Below are positions 62,847 through 64,000 of a DNA stretch of 64,000 nt, piece by piece; positions within the stretch are counted from its first letter, which is position 1, and each line of letters starts with the position of its first letter. Location: assembly GCA_963723455.1 (NCBI GenBank), contig CAVRQM010000004.1, positions 37,324 to 101,323 of the forward strand, given 5' to 3'. Made by a program: the position numbers and the translations under genes. Source of the stretch: an uncultured Pseudomonadota bacterium. Its GTDB lineage: Bacteria > Pseudomonadota > Alphaproteobacteria > Acetobacterales > Acetobacteraceae. The notes under the pieces were generated by a model. That model did not search any database, was not told where the DNA came from, and saw only the letters and a program-made list of their open reading frames with translations.

Positions 62847-64000
62847 ATGACGGGAGGAGACGGCGTGGCGGATGCAGTGGGGGCGAGTGCGGGGCTGATC
62901 GGCGAGCGGTGCCGAGCTCCCGGCGCAGAAACACGTTGTGGCCGCCGCCTTTCTCGGCTGGACGCTCGATGCGTTCGATTTCTTCATCATGGTGTTCGTG
63001 ATCGGCGACGTGATCGCCGAGTTCCACAGCACGCGCACCACCGTCAGCCTGGCGATCACGCTGACCCTGGCGATGCGCGCGCTTGGGCGCCTGGATCTTC
63101 GGCCGCATCGCCGACCGGTTCGGCCGCCGCCCGACGCTGATGGCCGATGTGCTGATCTACTCGGCGCTGGAGTTCGCGACCGGCTTCGCGCCGAGCCTGA
63201 CCGCGTTCCTGGTGCTGCGCGCGCTGTTCGGCGATCGCGATGGGCGGCGAGTGGGGCATCGGCGCGTCGCTGACGATGGAGAGCATCCCGGCGCGCTGGC
63301 GCGGCACGCGTCTCCGGGCTGCTGCAGGCCGGCTATCCGACCGGCTATCTGCTGGCCACCATCGTCGACCGGCTGGCGCACGGGCCGCTGGGCTGGCGCG
63401 GCATGTTCATGATCGGCGCGGCGCCGGCGCTGCTGGTGCTGTACATCCGCCGCAACGTGCCCGGAAAGCCCGGAATGGACAGCACGCCGCAACGCCGGGC
63501 AGCACCGCGTCGGCTTCCTGGCGGTGATGCGCCGGCATATGCCGCTGACGATCTATGCCGTGATCCTGATGACGGCGTTCAACTTCTTCAGCCACGGCAC
63601 GCAGGATCTGTACCCGTATTTCCTGGGCGAGCAGCTGCACTTCCCGCTGCACACGCGGACCGCCATCATCATCGTGCTACAATATCGGCGCGATCGTCGG
63701 CGGGACTGAGCTTCGGCAGCCTGTCGCAGCGCATCGGCCGGCGGCAGGGCCATCGTCATCGCCGCGCTGCTGGCGCTGATCGTGACGCCGTTCTGGGCGT
63801 TCCTGCGCGAGCCGGTGGCGCTCGGCTTGGCGCGCGTTCCTGATGCAGGTCTGCGTGCAGGGCGCCTGGGGCGTGGTGCCGGCGCATCTGAACGAGCTGT
63901 CGCCGCCGGAAATCCGCGCCACTTTCCCGGGCCTGGTCTATCAGCTCGGCAACTTCCTGGCCTCGGCCAACGCCACGATCCAGAGCGGCATCGCCGACCG
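62847..64000 (+). pseudogene. MFS transporter (sugar-acid/NanT-YjhB-like), at least 7 frame changes; 3' end beyond the window
   Basis: MFS segments are spread over three frames: AAFLGWTLDAFDFFIMVFVIGDV / GAWIFGRIADRFGRRPTLMADVLIYSALEF / AMGGEWGIGASLTMESIPARWRG / GLLQAGYPTGYLLA...GWRGMFMIGAAPALLVLYIRRNVP / MPLTIYAVILMTAFNFFSHGTQDLYPYFL / ...[36 protein letters not shown]. Confidence 0.8.

Overview
High-GC (about 70%) alphaproteobacterial chromosome segment. The gene order looks Rhodospirillales/Acetobacteraceae-like, but that is inferred from synteny, not from a search. I found no rRNA, tRNA, CRISPR array, prophage or intact mobile element. The backbone is ordinary housekeeping: lptD tail, pabB-pabC, manC, icd, lexA, moeA-moaC-trpC-trpD-trpG, bamE, yceD-rpmF-plsX-fabH, suhB, efp with epmA/epmB, thiE, fba, zapA, a 6S RNA candidate, 5-formyl-THF cyclo-ligase, bioY, yebC-ruvC-ruvA, adenine deaminase and rlmN. 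Three things stand out. (1) About 19 recognisable genes have broken reading frames, and the breaks are strongly clustered. Seven consecutive genes at 8.7-17.5 kb carry roughly 30 frame changes. All three PAS/GAF sensor kinases, an MFS transporter and several single genes are also broken. About 45 mostly housekeeping genes are intact. This is either real accessory-gene decay or locally poor consensus sequence. (2) suhB, a MotB/OmpA-like gene, a MotA/ExbB-like gene with a long coiled-coil tail and a DUF4239 gene form a tightly coupled four-gene operon (37.0-40.6 kb). It looks like an orphan stator unit with no flagellar, Tol or Ton context. This is my best candidate for an undescribed system. 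(3) There are several small-scale structures: tandem ompA paralogs whose last 418 bp are almost identical, three in-phase 18-bp repeats upstream of icd, an ~80-bp palindromic intergenic repeat family, and a low-GC islet with an IS5-type remnant and a mini-ORF. All protein calls come from reading the supplied translations and recalling family signatures. No database search was run.
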